Positions 13,343-29,590 are shown, numbered from the stretch's first letter. The stretch is DNA of 64,000 nucleotides from Eledone cirrhosa (GCA_964016885.1 OZ024743.1:15066001-15130000); one strand, 5' to 3'. Notes: a model not told the origin generated them from the sequence alone. Translations and numbers: made by a program.

Positions 13343-14419
13343 TATGTTGATCGAAGAAAACCTGATGTGAAACTTTATAATCTACAAACAAATTTTCATT
13401 CTGCTAAATACACACACATCTCACGTACTCATGTTTCGGAATACTTCAGGGGTTAAAGATTATTACATGTTTTAATGCTGAATCACGCATATATCCTTGC
13501 ATAATTTCAAGTTGTTAGGGAGACTGTATATAATGATTTTCAGTTGTTAAGTAATAATGTACTGTTGGGTTGTCTCTAACGTTTAAATGTATTAACCCGT
13601 ACAAAACACTTTACAACATTTAACCAAATTTCCTTAATCAGATTCACCTCCATGTGAAACGTGGCTCAGACAATTCTTTGGCATATTTGGTGATCATAGT
13701 TGCTCAGTTATTTTGAAAGAGTAACGAAGTATCATTCAGATGACATCGTACCTTGAAATTATAACAATACATTGGATAATTTATTATTAAATTCATTGTC
13801 TGAACAAAATAGTTTATGGAAAAGAGAGGAAGGTCTGAGATCATAGGAGAGTAAAGGTAAACAACGAGATCAGCAGCAACATTTATTTACATGGATGATA
13901 TTTACAATATTTGGTGTTTTTTGCTTCAGTTTCAAATTGTTGACATTCTGTAGGTTATCACTTCTGGATTAAATATTATATTAAAGATTAAGAAAAACCA
14001 TTTATTTCACAGTATATTGTAATGATCTATAAGCTATAAAATTGAAGTCAATTCTCATTCTATGCATCCTCAGTATACCAGTGGAATATTAAATACTTGC
14101 TTTGCTATTAAACTAGTTCCAAACTACGTAATACAGAGTGAAAAATATGCTTAAAACAAAACCAAATATTTAGAGGTTTGATAATAAATAACAATAAATA
14201 ACAATCTTCATGTTTTATTTTATTTTACATCAAATAAGGTAATCTCTCCGCAAGCCAAAAGTTAATTACGTCTAACTTTCCACTTCGTATCTCAGAAACG
14301 GTAAAAGCTGGAAAAACTAAATTGTCTTTATAATTAACAAGAAATTATTATTTGTTTTCTTTTTAGCATTTATTTGGCTTAGATGGCAAGCAGCAGCTAT
14401 GTTATCATAAAAGTTAACT

Positions 14420-15386
14420 AATCAAAATTCCAGAAGTAAGTGACAATTTGTCGGCGTGAGGTCGATTAAATACGGCGGGTGGGGAAGAATTACCCAACCA
14501 AGCTTCAGAAGCTTATCGCGTGTCATCCTTGGTGTATATATACGGCCACACGTAATCAGGAAGAAACTATGGTATTGACAGGATTAGGGTATGTGTGCAT
14601 CTGTCCTATTTTCAAAGATAATCTTCAACGTTGTTGATAATTAACGTCGGAATGTATGGTGGCGTTCGGTGGGAGCAGCTCAGATATGTTTCGTCAGGGT
14701 GGTGCCAACGCTTTGCTTGCCGTTGTGGCTCACTGACTTTATCACCACATGATATTGTTTTAATTTCAAGGTACGATGTCATCTGAATGATTGCTTCCGC
14801 TTAACATTAATGTAGAGACGCCATGTTTCATCACCATTGATAGTGGAACGTAACCGACTGGTTGTGTGGTGGTAGGAGAGCAGATAAGTTGCAGCTGCTG
14901 CTCAGCATTCACAATTAAGGTCAGGTAGATTGTGGAGCACCCATTGGTCAAGCTTGCACACCTTCTTTATTGTATGCAATTGACATGATATCTGACATGG
15001 GTCGGCTTCCACCAGTTCCTGCAGTTGCTTGCCATTGAAGTGGGTCTGATGTCCTACGTGAGGTCGATATCCAAGGCTGTAACCATAGGAACAGAAGTAC
15101 GCGAACTACCTCCTGACATTGCATTCATACATGGTGTCTGACCCAAATGCATTGTTAATGCGACGATTCGACGACTTGATGCTGCAGATTTGCCTTCGAA
15201 AGAGCGACGAATAAAGGATTTGGATAAATCACTACATCTTACCCTTTCATGGCGTAACAGGAAATGAGAAATGCACATAGTGCATATCAACGCCACCTGT
15301 TATGTACGTGCGTACGTGCGACATTTAACTTTTCCAGAAAAGAACTCCTTTTTGTAAATAGTGGAAACTTTCTATCCAACCCAATA
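14420..15386 (-). mobile_element. Decayed Tc1/mariner (mariner-type) transposon
   Basis: Minus frames: LQELVEADP, QWVLHNL, INGDETWRLYINVKRK, LGWVILPHPPYLIDLTPT (HPPYSPDLAP motif). TIR-like tattgggttggatagaaagtttcc at 15386-15363. Confidence 0.8.
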
Positions 15387-17471
15387 TTTATATATCAACG
15401 TTGAGAAATCGGTGATTTTGAGAAGATAGATTTTAGGAATTTATATAATCTCGTGTAACTCGATTATCTATCTGGCGTTCAATGGTGTTTTTTCTTTGGG
15501 AATTAGATTAGATTGCAAATATAATAATTTCTTCATAGTTGATTCCGGTGTCTTCAATTATTAATTGAATACTATTGCTCTGCGTTTAGGAATATTGAAT
15601 ATATTAACTAAGATATTATTGGTAATTCACCTTTAGAGCATCAATTATGGCAAATAATTACAGAGTGATTTTGCTGTTATTTCTAGCAAATGAGTTTACC
15701 ACATAAATATTTCCCCGATCATTTAGAATTCAATTCGTTATATCAGGCATATTTATTTTAGAGTACTAGAATGAATTGCCAGGAATATCGCTTCTTGATA
15801 AACATATAGCATTACTAAATTTCATATTATGCCCTGTAAGAATCAGTACTTTTGTGTGATGGAATTATGTCTTCGACTCGCGTATTACATGCCCCTTCGA
15901 TTTTCAATAGAGCGTGCATCATAATCCCAGCGCCAACATATCATGTGCCACTGGTATAGGTTGTTGTGTAATGTAGGGTCCGCTTTCATTTAAACAATTA
16001 TATTTAACACTATTGTGTTTCGTCTGTAGTCGTTTTTTTATGTTTGAATATTGCTATATTTCATTGTATAGAGTATATGCTGAATATAGTCGAAACACTC
16101 CAGAAACGTGTTGTTCTATTACCAGTGCTCTTACTAATATCATAGCAGATAGGGGTAAGAAACTAACAGGTGAGCCGGCCAGCAGATTGTCTTCAGAGAA
16201 GAATACCGTTCTTAAGCATGTGTTTCGGCCCTTAATATGTTGCAAATTTATAATGCATACACGTCATGACTCCTAGGCACCCTTCTGCTGATATTTAACC
16301 GTTCTGAAACGGACACTTGCTTTGTATTTAAACCGTATGCAGATTTGTTAACAAAATATTGCTGGAACTCCTCTCCGTCGCCTTTTATTTCAAACTTATA
16401 TTTAAACGCATTCTTCAGTTCGGATAAATAACGTGAACTAAATTATAAAATTATATATCATTGTATTTCAAATTAAATATGTAGATTTCAATTTTTCTTG
16501 AATATCTCTTATAAAATAACGTGAATGCCAGTAATACATTAGTGTAAGAATGAATTATTATTGTTATTGTTAATGTTATTGTTACTATAGTTAAAGATTA
16601 TATTAGAGAATCTTCAAGATTCTATAATATTATTTTGACAGCTAGAAGTATATATATATTAATAGCACATAGAATTGTAAATCTATTTTCTTTTATCTTT
16701 TTTTCGTTTTCAGCTTTCCTGGTTTCATGATCCTCAGCTTTGCAAAATATAATCTCTCCTTTGTTCAACAGAAAGAATCTTAGAATCTTATAGAAGATAA
16801 GGAATACTTCAATGGTTGTAGCTTTAAGACTGTCTTAGTTTTGTGTAATATGTAAAGAAAATCGTTCTTTATCTTACACTTTGTGATATTTGTCTATATT
16901 TCAAGAATATCTCGTGCTAAGAAGATTTGGAAAGAAATGGAGAATTGTATTTCAGTCTGGACTCAAGGGTAAGAGGAAAGAAGTCCTTAATATATATGTC
17001 GACTTAATGATAACATATTGGGTGTATTTAAATCATATCTGTATTGTGATATATGTTACACATTCAGTGACTAAACATTTATTCAATTTATTTATAGGAT
17101 AATATTTGTTTTCATGTTTCGTTGTGTAAATTGTACGGCATATAATTTTTATACTAAACTATGACAAATACTTAAGTTTAAATTTATGATTTCTTTAGAT
17201 GAAGCAATATTGGGAATTTTATCTGGGGGTAAATAGGAGAGTAGATTTGTATTATATTTGTCTAATCTATAGAAGGATACAAACAATTACCTACCCATCT
17301 GCATAATACCAGTATTAATACGATGGTGTGTCAGCAATGAACTGGTACATGTGAACTCATGATATTTTCCGTCTTTGAAATTGTGAAATATTCAGAAGAC
17401 ATATTTATCAAACATGTTCGACGCTTGATTATCCCCTGACATACATACACTGACACGCCCCCACCCCACCA

Positions 17472-17571
<100 letters not shown>

Positions 17572-17606
17572 TATAAATATTAATAAAATAGATGTTCTTT
17601 TGATCA

Positions 17607-17669
17607 ATTACATTTTATTATACATATTTCGGATGTACAACAGTACGTCCTCATCAGACAAAATATAAT
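17607..17669 (-). ncRNA. Type I hammerhead ribozyme motif
   Basis: Minus strand: attatattttgt-CTGATGA-ggacgtac tgtt gtacatcc-GAAA-tatgta-TA-ataaaatgtaat. 12-bp stem I, about 40 nt upstream of the (TA)n at 17566. Confidence 0.85.
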
Positions 17670-19281
17670 GATACATGACATACTCTGATATATTAAATGA
17701 TTAAGATTTAATCAAGGTAGTGATTAACCCAAGAGAACATTTTACATATATAGCCTAATTATGAGAAAATGCGAAAACGTAATAAATTCATTAGAGAATG
17801 TGTGAGTAAGAAAAAAACGTTGCTTACTGTAACTGTTCTAAAGGTTTTAAAATGTATGATACTACGATATATCTAGGAAAACGACTCCTGAATCATAACA
17901 GCCAGTGATAGCAACTGGAAAAGGATGTATAAAGAGGGAAAGATAATGGGGGGGGGGTATATGCAGAAGGAGATTTTTTTCCGAAAGTTAAACGGTTAAA
18001 TTTTAAAATATTTAATTTATAATATTAGGCGTGAAGACTACAAATTTCAGGATTATTTGCTGGTTATTTATATATTATTTTTTATAAATTCGATAAGTGT
18101 GTTATCATTTCTAAGCTTCTGAATTTTATGAGGGTAACATTTAAAGGATTTAGCTGGCACATAAAGAATGAAATATTATACTGTTGATTATTTACCTAAA
18201 TTTAAACTTTAACAAATATACCAATATATTAGGTATGTAAAGCTTTTGAAGTACTTATTGTTAAAAATATTTAAATAACTATTATGTATATACGTATATA
18301 TTAATGAGACAGTATGTTTAAGCTAAATAATAACGATGAAGATAAAAATAAAATAAGATAATAGTTTGAGGCATGTTAAGGATAGATATACACCAATGTA
18401 TAACTGGGTGTAAATGTACTAATTATACTTCAACGAAGATATCAACATACTATTAGATATAGGGAGGTATATATATAGATATATATTAGGTATTAGTAGT
18501 TTAGTATACTTTAGGTAAATGATAACAGTTATAATTTTATAAAGTAGAGTTCAACGTGTTACATTTAAATATATATATATATATATATATATAAGAAAAA
18601 CAATAATGAGTGCATGGATAATTCAGAGTTCAAAATAATGTCTATAATAATTTTTAGTTTTGATATTTTCTCTATAGTTGAATTATATATATAGAAATGT
18701 GGTAGGTATATTAAAAATATTAAAAAAATATATAAAATATAATATATAACTACATACATATTATAATACATTATATTATAAATAAGCGCAGCAAAAATTC
18801 ACATTTATATATAAGTTTGAATCGGTCTTAAATTATAGATTTTAAAGTGCAGTAAATATATTTAAAAGAAATATATGCATATACTATATTATATTATACT
18901 ATAAATAAGAGATAAAAAACTCATTAAAAATTCACAGTTATAGATAAGTTCCATAAAAACTTATGGATTGGGTATTAAACTAAAATTTAAAAGAGATCAA
19001 AAATGTATTAAAAATTCACAGTTATAGATAAATTCCGTAAATATGTAAGAATTAGGTATTATACTAAATTATAAGCATAGATAGGAAGATAGATAGAGAA
19101 ATAAAGAAATAAAGAAATAAAGAAATGATGGTATTGATCAAAGTTAAAAAATAATGTAATGTGTATCAATGTTCCGGCATGTTATTGAACAAGTATCATT
19201 CATTCGAGCGTTGTTTCTTCTATAGATAGCTATAATATAAAGCAATATTAAAGGTCATTAATGTTTTTCACTTAATATTTA

Positions 19282-19470
19282 GGGCGGTGGATTGGCAGTA
19301 TCGGTAGAGAGTCAGACGCCATGCTTTGACGCATAGAGTTACGGCCCTTGCCATTCTGACTTCAAATCCCGCCGTTGTTAACTTTGCCTCTCATCCTTAT
19401 GGGGTCGATAAAATAAAGTACCAGTAATGCACTGGGTAATTGCTGGCCTTGTGCCTAAAGTAGAAACAAT
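19282..19470 (+). mobile_element. tRNA-derived SINE
   Basis: Homologous to 2228-2416. Imperfect flanking duplication ttaatgttt(t/g)tcact. Confidence 0.9.
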
Positions 19471-19559
19471 TAATGTTTGTCACTGTTGATTATATATTTC
19501 TGGTAACCGAGTTATTATTGGTTTGGTGTTATTGCCTCTTTTTTTCTCGTTTTATGTGA

Positions 19560-20740
19560 GGCTAAAAAAAATGGACGTAGCTTTATGGAGGCAACTAGAG
19601 AATAATTCACTTTTTTGTTAATTAGGGTCTCATAGTTATTAATAATCAACAGGGTCTCCATTGTATAGAGCGGGCAGTTATTTGATATACTAGAGTTGCG
19701 GTAAATTCCACAGTTCCGAAGTTTTGTCCAAAGAATGGAGTATTTTAAATTCTTCTGTTTTAATGACCATATGAGCTGTGATTAAGACGTGGATAATTTC
19801 CTCTTAGAGTTCGAGAATGAGCATTTATGGTTCGCAAAACGGGCTTTGAATATGGCCGAAGTCGAACCAATGTAGTTGTCTGTTTTGTGATCAGTTTTTA
19901 CGGTGCATTTATAAACCAAATTACTATCTAAACAACTATTTTGCAAAGGCCAATTAGTTTTATTTCTACAATTACATTTTGGTTTAGTATCATTTATGTT
20001 AACGCTATTATTATGATCATTATGCTGGTTTGGTTTTAGGATTTTGGCGTTTAATTTGGCAATGTTTTGGGCCATGTTACTGGTTGTAGAATGTGAGAAT
20101 TTAATGGTATGTCTATTAACAATGGAATGGTATTTATGTTGAGTAGGGAAAGAGGTGTAAAGAGCTTTAAAGAATAATTTTGCAATTGGTGTTTTAACTG
20201 CGACCGAAGCAGGGGTGGGGTGGGGGGTTACAAACCATATGACTGGTTTAGATCTAGTTTGTATTCTCGATTTATTTAGCGTATGGGTGTTTGAATTATA
20301 ATTATTAGAGTTTCCCTTATATAGAGTTTCCCTTATATATGTTATTATTTTGGTTATTATTATTAGGAATAATACTTGGATTATTATTATCTACGTATTC
20401 TATATTATTCATATATCCTGCTCTTTTTAACGCGTTGTTATCAAATATATCTTTATTAGCTGATATTTTATTAATACGTTTTGCACACTATTTACTATAG
20501 CTTTTTTTACAGATCTAGGGTGATTTGAATAGTTACTAACATAATTTAAGTTTCCATTAGGCATATGAAAAGGGTAATAGGAGCCGGTGTTTAAGTTAAA
20601 GGTAACGTCAAGGAAATTAACTATTTTGGTACCATTTTCTACTTCTAATTTCAGGTCGTACGTTTTAAAGAATTCTCTTATACTTTTCTTAACTCTATTT
20701 AGTTCTATATTGTTGTGTTTGACCACCGTAAATAAAATTA
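19560..20740 (-). pseudogene. Hydra-like Penelope element, RT thumb + GIY-YIG (frameshifted, 5'-truncated)
   Basis: VNFLDVTFNLNTG.Y.P...PN...YV...SNHP; CNCR...PL.N.CL..NLVYKC...YIGST..FKARF.NH. The 3'UTR may extend to the HHR at 17.6 kb. Confidence 0.8.
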
Positions 20741-20863
20741 ATATTTATATTAATATTTATATTTTAATATTAATAACTCCCGAAAAGTATGTTTTACCGT
20801 AGAGTGCTTCCAATCTACTGTAAAACTAATTCTTTGACATAATCATTGAATATCGTTTAACAC

Positions 20864-20913
<50 letters not shown>

Positions 20914-20916
20914 ATA

Positions 20917-21720
<804 letters not shown>

Positions 21721-24700
21721 TATATATATATATTTATAGCGTAATCTAGTGTAGTTTAGCAATTGTTCCAAGAGGACCCGATATTTGGGGTAAACTGTGG
21801 TTTATAGATAATCATTACTCTGAATATGCCGTCAGTTTACATACACATGTTTCTGTAGCTGCCTTTTTCAGATATACCTGAAAGAGGTGCAAAATCCTCG
21901 ACCATTATTGACACCATCTGCCCCATTTATAAATGTCTGAGACATGTCTACCTATAATGCGTGCCAAGAGCTTTCTAAAATAGATCAAGCAAACGTGTGC
22001 TCTTGAAATGTATATTGAGAATGTATTTAACTAATCTAAACTAACAGATATAGAATACTCTGATGAGGAAACCTATGTATGTCATCTTTATAGGTTAATT
22101 GATGTGATATTAGTTCCACCTGGATAACCATCGTTTTCTTTTAATTATTAGTTTTATATATGCAAAGTGGTTCCTTTGTGTATTCCAATACATATATATT
22201 GTAGACTGTTTTAGTTCTATTTGAGATAACAGAACTTATTTGAAGTAGATAGCACTTAAAAAACATAATTTACTATTTTAAGAAATCAAATCTCATCTGT
22301 CCAACCAGTGCGTTTTTACTCCTACATGCTATCACTAGAACAGTCATTCAATGTCTCCTTTATGTATTAGACTGTAAAAATGAATATATTTCGCAATCGA
22401 AGGACTGCAAAGAATCTCCTATTGTTCATCATGAGATGTGCTGTGTTACTGAAATGCAGGTTACCCGTTATACCTGTTCATATCTCCGACCGAGTCAATA
22501 CCATCTTGTATATAAGTATATTACACAATACATCTGTGGGTGATCTCACTGATTTTGTTTTAGGAAGCGGCGATTTTTGTTTCACTAGCTATTTAATTTC
22601 AAGATGGGCTGTCAGTAGCCTTGCTATATGTAGGTCCGGAAAAGTTGGAGTGATTGTCATAGCTATTTATTCCATAAATTTCACTTATATAAATATTTAT
22701 TAGGAAACATTTGATAAGGTGAACTTTCTGGAGGATAGAAATGCATTATTAACTGAAGTTATTTTCCTCCGGCATTATATATACACAAGTTACTTGAATA
22801 CTCCAATGTTACTTAAAACGAAGAGAATGCAATTGAAATTCATTGACATATGGTTATCAATTCCCCATTCCTCGGTATTCATATTATTACTTTTCTTCCC
22901 CCGCTATATTTTTGTCATTGCCGTTGTCATCCTTGTCAGTATTGTGAGTTGCTGAAACTTTTGGAGCTGTTGTTAGTGTGCTTGGTCATTTACATAATAT
23001 TAGTTATACTATAAAATATATTTCCCATGGTTTTGTTGGGTATTTAGTTATTAGTAACACCAGTGCGTTGGTGTTGATGATGATGATAATATTTATTTCT
23101 GAAATTGCCACAAAGTCAAAGATGATGAAAGAAAATTCAAAGACAAATTATAAAAAGAGAAAATCCTGTTCAGTTTCGTTACATTTGATCGAATAAAGAA
23201 AAAAAAAGCAAGGAAAAGCTTCCCAATCCTGGAAGTGTTATCTGCAGTAAATAAAAGAAAACCACTTGCAACCTGATGCAACGTGACGACCAAGGGTAAA
23301 TACCGTTTTTAGCTATCATTTCCCGGCCTACAAAGGACAAAAAGTGTTCAACAAAATGCTTCTGTTCTGCAATATTGGAAAGTAAACAAGTACGTGCAAA
23401 TCGATTTCACCACCATGCGCACATCTAGGAAGGATCTAGGTGGCAGTGTTTCGTTATATCTCGACCCAATAATTACCACTCCTCCTGCAACATTGCCAGC
23501 CCAGAATGTTTCCGGAAATATTCATACCTACACTGTCAATACATGTTACTTCTTGCAGAGAGGCGAATTTACCTTGGTTGAACATAATTCAGTAACAACT
23601 AGCTCATTATCGAACTTTCTTGATTAAATATTGCAACAATATTTACTCACCGTCTAGTAATATATGTGGATTCTGCAGTCTTGGCGCATGTCTGTGCATC
23701 ATATGCCAGGCCATGCCGAGTCCACTGCCCTGATAACATCGTGAACAGATGGGTCTCCTCTTCAGTTGAATATGTAATTTTCACCAAAATGCAAAATAAG
23801 AGTTGCTTTAACCCTGCCTGACGCAAACTACGACAAGACATGTGTTGGCACAGCAAGTATTGTCAAACCAATTAATGTGATGTTGGTATTGAATGTTAAT
23901 TATATTAATGTCGACGGCACAAGCGGTTGTAGTGAAGGTGTTAGTGTTGTTGAATAAGGAATCTTACCTCCACATTAGAAAAAAGTATTCGAAGCAGACC
24001 TAGTTACATGTCTCGGCTAATAAACACAATCACTGGAAATGTTTCGTTAATAATTCATAGTTATACTATTCTCATCCGGACTCTTATAGAATTCACAAAT
24101 ATGATATATTATGAAAATAACATTTAGACTACAAACATTGTTTGTAATTATTATTTTCATAAGGCATCTAAAGGTTATTGTTTGTAGTGTAATGTTTAAG
24201 CTACAGACTTTGTTTGTAGCTTGAACACTAGCAACCAACATGAACAGATCTAATATGAATAATTACAAATATAAAGTAGAGCAAAACACTGTATTCTCGC
24301 GTGATGAGTGATAAGGAATGTACTACTAAAGTGATACAAATGTTTGAACAATCAGACTCATAGGCTGCACATTATACCGTCTTGAACGCTGGAAAAAAAA
24401 TAAAACCCAAAATGGTCAACATAAAATGGAAAGTCAGAAATATAGCAATATAAATTGAGATTAAAAGTAGAATTGAAGCATTCTTGGCTCCTACACCTGA
24501 TCAAAGGCGACCCATTAGAATCCAAGTAAGCCATACAATGAAGCAAAGGGAAAAACAAAATCCGGGTGTCCTGAGCACACTTCACTAGCCAACAATGAAA
24601 CGAAGCAACTTATTTGATGAAATTGTGGCTTTAATACATCCAAGGATTTGCCAACAGGATGGAATACCAAGAGGAATGAAATACCAAGAGGAATGATTTG

Positions 24701-24899
24701 AGATAAATATATATCCTTCAACGTCCCAGTTAAATAAATATACAAGGAACATTATTGCATAATATGAAAACCCACACATCAAACTTCTAAATTTAATCTA
24801 ACGTACATTGGCGCCAAAGACAATAGGAATAGGAGCATCCAAAAAAATGTTGCGAAAAGAATTCATCAGCAAATATATATATATATATATATATATACA

Positions 24900-25010
<111 letters not shown>

Positions 25011-25167
25011 AAACAATAGAGGTGTAACACACAAGTTATTATATATTGGTAAACGGAATAGAAAATGCTGACAAATTGTTCACAGTTGAAAAATGGTTTA
25101 ATTAGGAATAAAAGAGTATTAGTGATTGTATGGGTTAGTATTCAGTTGTGGTTTTAAGTTTTTAAGT

Positions 25168-25204
25168 CTTTACCGGTTGCGCATTTCTAAATGCTTTTCA
25201 AAAA
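25168..25204 (-). ncRNA. Variant hammerhead-like motif in pLTR (UUGAAAA/GCAA)
   Basis: Minus strand: ttt-TTGAAAA-gcatt taga aatgc-GCAA-ccgg-TA-aag. Confidence 0.5.
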
Positions 25205-25521
25205 TCATTTTGAGATAGAGTGTCCGTGCTGTTTGCTCTGATCTGATTAGTTTTGGGAATTCTACCAGTTTTTATGTTAAAAAAGTGGCTCCAGCGTTAT
25301 TTTTGTGTTGCAAAAATTCTTGTGGTCAAAACAATTTTGATTGGTCGGTAGAGGTCATGTGAATGTAAAAAGTTGATTTTGCGCCAAGACTGTTTTTATG
25401 TTAAAAAAGTGGCTCCAGCAAAAATTCTTGGTCAAAACAATTTTGATTGGTCGGTAGAGGTCATGTGAATAAAAAATTGGTTTTGCGCCAAGATTGAGAA
25501 ATGACTCTTTCACAACAAATA

Positions 25522-25602
<81 letters not shown>

Positions 25603-25676
25603 TAGTAGTAGTAGTAAGGTGTTCGATGCTGCGACAATGGCCAGCAGCGATGTGTGTCAAATGGCTATTAAGATGA

Positions 25677-25707
<31 letters not shown>

Positions 25708-26325
25708 GCAGAGTGATTCGTGGTGGTAGGGATGGTCAGTAAGAATGTGTCTGAAAGCAATGGTATTTTAGCATGTCAAAAGATAAGTGTGTGTGTGTGT
25801 GTGTGTATAGCAGAGTAATTTGTGGTGGCAGGGATGGTCAGTAAGAATGTGTCTGAAAGCATGTCAAAAGATATTTTTCAGCTTTTGTCTTATACGGAGA
25901 AGTGCGTGTGTGTGTGTGTGTGTGTATATAAGTCTCTTTGTATGTTGATGTACGCGTGTGTATGTGTTTGTGTATATATATGTGTGTGTGTGTGTGTGTG
26001 TGGGTGGACCAGTATTTTTTCCCCCTGGTAAAATGGTGTACATTATTCGATTTTTTCAGTAAAATCGGTTCTCTTAATAGAACATCAAAAATCTTAACAA
26101 TAAAAGGTGTGAAATGATATTCACTATATATATATATACACATACATATATTCACTACATATATATATATATATATACATATATACATATATATATATGT
26201 ACATATATTTCTTTGTATTTCACCATAGAGCATGTGTGTTTACGTGTGTTATTGTGTTTATATGTGGGTAGAGATGTGTGCTGATGTAGGTATGTATGTT
26301 GACGTGTGTATGTTGTGGGTTCGTC

Positions 26326-29300
26326 TTAGGGAGAAGTGTTTAGACGGGGTCCGTATTTGTTAATGAGGTAAGATTTCTTGCTGATGCGCTGGGTGTGGGT
26401 GGCATTATCTTTAAATTTGTAGAGGGGAAAGATTCTGAAGTTGGGATGATTTTGGGCGGCACAGGTATCAATGTGTTCACTCAGTGGTATTTTCCTGTAT
26501 TCCCGTATTTTAATTTGGGATCTATGGACAGTCATGCGTTGGCGGAGGCTGTTTTTGGTCTGGCCTACGTATTGTTCTCGACAACCTGAGCAAGTTAATA
26601 CATATATTAGATTTTCCGATGCACATGTGAAATTGTGTTTTACTATAAAACGTTGTCCATCTTTGAAATAGAATTCCGAACCCTCTATTAGGTTGATGCA
26701 AATGCCACAGTTAGGTCTATCGCATTTCTTTACTGTGGGTTTCGTTATTGTGGTTGGTAGTAATTTGGCATGTGTTAGGATGTTTTTCATTGACTTGGAT
26801 TGTCTTTTGCTCTTTATGATATCGTGTGTTCGTAGAATTTGGTTCATTCTATAGTCCTTTTTCAATACAGGGATGTTCTGGAGGATGGTGTCAAAGGCCT
26901 CATTGTTGAGGGGGTTGTGTGTGGAGATGTATGGAAGAGCTTTTAGTTTTGGTTGATTTACTTTAGGGTGTCTAAGGTCCTGGGTACTGAGTTTTAGGAC
27001 ACGTTGGATTCCATTGTCAATTAGTGATGCAGGGTAGTCCCTTCCTATGAGTGTGTCCTTTAGTTCTTGTAGCCGTAAGTAGTAGATGTGTTTATTGGAG
27101 ACTATAGTACAGATTCTCTTGGCTAAGTTGTAGGGAATATTAATTTTAACGTGTCTAGGGTGGCAAGAGTTGAAGGGGAGATATTGCTTGGAGTCTGTGG
27201 GCTTGTAGTATATGTCTGTTTCTATTTTTTTGTCATGGATCTTAATGAGGATGTCGAGGAAGGAGAGTTGCTGATGGCTGTATTCCATCGTGAAGTTAAT
27301 ATTTGTGTTGAGCCCATTTATAAGGGTGTGAAATTCTTTAAGTTTTTCGATGTTTTCGTGCCAAAGGATGAAGCAGTCATCTAGATATCACTTCCAGTTC
27401 CTTTCAATGTGTAAGTTGAGGGTGTTTCCAAATTTGTTTAGGACTTTAGTGTAAAGGGTGATTTCCAGGTATCCCATGACTAGGTTGGCATAAGTAGGGT
27501 CTGTTTTCGTTCCCATAGTGGTCCCAGATTTCTGCCTGTAGGGTTTGTTATTGAAAACGAACTAATTGTTCTCCAAGATAAATTTGAGTGCCTCTATCAC
27601 GAATTCTTTTTTGATGCGTTGTGGGAGTTCATTGTGGAAATTATCCAGCCAGAATTGGATAGCTTCTATTCCTAGGTTGTGGGGGATGTTGGAGTATAGG
27701 TTGACTACATCGAACGTCATTAGTAGGGTTTGTTCAGAAAGTGGCATATTAGGGAGGTGATTGAGCATATCTAGGTCGTCCCTTATATAGCTTTTGATGT
27801 GCTTGAGGAAGGGTTTGAGAAGGGTATCAATGAAGTTGCTAAGACGGTGCGTTTCGCAAGCGGGGCCTGCTATTATAGGTCTTAATTTGAGATCATTGGG
27901 TGAGGGGACATTGATGACTATGTCTGTGGCTTCCTTGCATGCCTTACCTATTGATTCGCTTTTATGTACTTTAGGGATACCGTAGAAAAGGCTGGATTTA
28001 CTTGTGAAGTCTGTGATGAAGCTGAATTCCTTGTTAGTGAGTCCTTCTTTGTATTGGTTGATTAGAGTTTTTAGGTTTCTCATAATTTTCTGTTGATTGT
28101 AGTGTTCAGCCTTTTCGAAGTATGTTTCGTTTTCCAAAGTGGAGAGCGCTAAGTTGATATAGAATTCTGTCTCCATTAGGACTACTGTACTCCCTTTATC
28201 AGCCTCTTTAATTGTAATGGTTCTGTCGGTTTTTAATCTATTTAATTCTTCCCATTCTTTCTTGTTGAGGTTTGGCTTGTGTTTTTGTCTGTGCAAGTGT
28301 TGGTAAGGGAAGTTTGTGATGTGTTCACAGAATTAGTCCAGGATTTTATTTCTACCTTTTGAAGGGGTGTAATTGCTTCTATTTCTGGCTAATGATTCAT
28401 CCTCATTGTACTGGTCGAATAGTTGTTCACTAAGTCGTAACTTTCTACAGAAGTCTGTGATGTCTTCCTTCATTTCATAGTAGTTAGGACGTAGTGGGGT
28501 CGGTGTGAATTTAAGACCTTTGGAGAGTAAGTTGATAAGGTTGGGTGTTGGTTCTGCACTAGTAAGATTGATAATTTGTATTACTATCGGTTTCTCCTCC
28601 CTGTCTTGTCTTATTTTGTTTGCCTGTATCTGTGTGCTGTGTCTAAAAATGGTTGGGGTAGAGGGGTTGTCTGCTGATGTTAAGTGGTCTCCTGTGTTTG
28701 TTATATTCCTTGTTGTTGTAAAATGTGGTTCGGGTTGGTGGTTGTAGATTGAATGGGGTGTTCCTGTACTGCGAGTATGGGGGTGTGTTTCTATGTGCCA
28801 TGTTGTATTGTGGTGTTATAAGTGGCCTACGTTGTTGGTTGTATCGTGTGGTGTGGGTTTGTTGTGTATTGTGGAAGTGAGAGTTGAGAAAATGGTAATT
28901 ACCTTGCTGTCCCCTTGAAGCAGGGAAGTTGTTGCATCTATCATGGCGGTGGTATCTTTTCCCTATGTTTGACGATGAGGAATCCGCGTAGTAGTTGAGT
29001 GATTTGGTATGGTGTCTCTTTGAAGGGGGAAAGTTGTAAATGTCATTCTGGGGGAGATGATTTCTTGGGTTTTTGTTCCTTCTTATGGTAGCGAGGTTGG
29101 GAAGTTCATCTTCGGTGTGGTGCTTCCTTCTTCGTTTGTTTGAGGCTTGGGGGTTTGAGAAGTTATTGTGCGGTTCAGTTATGGGTTTTCCTATTTTTAT
29201 AAACGGGTTATTGGAGGTGTAATCCGTTTGAAAAGTCGATTCATAGTGTAGGAATCAAACGGCACTTTTTCCCAGCGTTGAAGGGATTTCAGTTCTTCTC

Positions 29301-29590
29301 TGTTGCAGTCTCCTTTCCATAATTTGGAGATCTTCTCTACCTTGGGGCCTTCAGTTTTGTTGTTGATTTCCAGGAGGATCTCTTCATCGATGGTTTTGAT
29401 TTTTACCTCATTTGCCCTCAGTTTAAGAAGTTCAATTTCTGTCTTCATTTTTTCCAATGCCATTCTTTCCCTAAGGTGTCTTTGAGGTTCGGGTTCGTTT
29501 GGAATGGACTTTATTTGTAGTTTAAGGGGGAGAGTTAGAGGGGTTGAGTTAAGCCATTTTTCATATATCTCTGCTTTGTTGTGATTTTGT
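26326..29590 (-). pseudogene. PLE reverse transcriptase + Cys-linker + GIY-YIG endonuclease (stops/frameshifts)
   Basis: IKEADKG, YGIPKVHK, LRPII, FDVVNLYSNIP, GTTMGT..PTYANL, WK*YLDD, FLDILI, YKPTD..YL.F.SCHP, CDRPNCGIC, NLIYVLTC..C...YVGQT..LRQRM.VH. Confidence 0.9.

Noticed and set aside
13422-13452. Minus-strand CTGAAG-tattcc-GAAA-catg near a TA tract
   Set aside because: Stem II and stem I are missing, so it cannot be supported as an HHR.
21838-21878. Minus-strand CTGAAAA...GAAA-catgtg-TA
   Set aside because: Stems I and II do not pair convincingly.
22070-22110. CTGATGA followed by hairpin aacctat/ataggtt
   Set aside because: No GAAA, stem III or stem I partner. At most a broken HHR remnant.
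27370-27400. In-frame TGA immediately before YLDD as possible selenocysteine recoding (as in Naiad PLEs)
   Set aside because: The position is a conserved Arg, so CGA>TGA CpG decay explains it. The element has other stops and frameshifts, and no SECIS was recognised.
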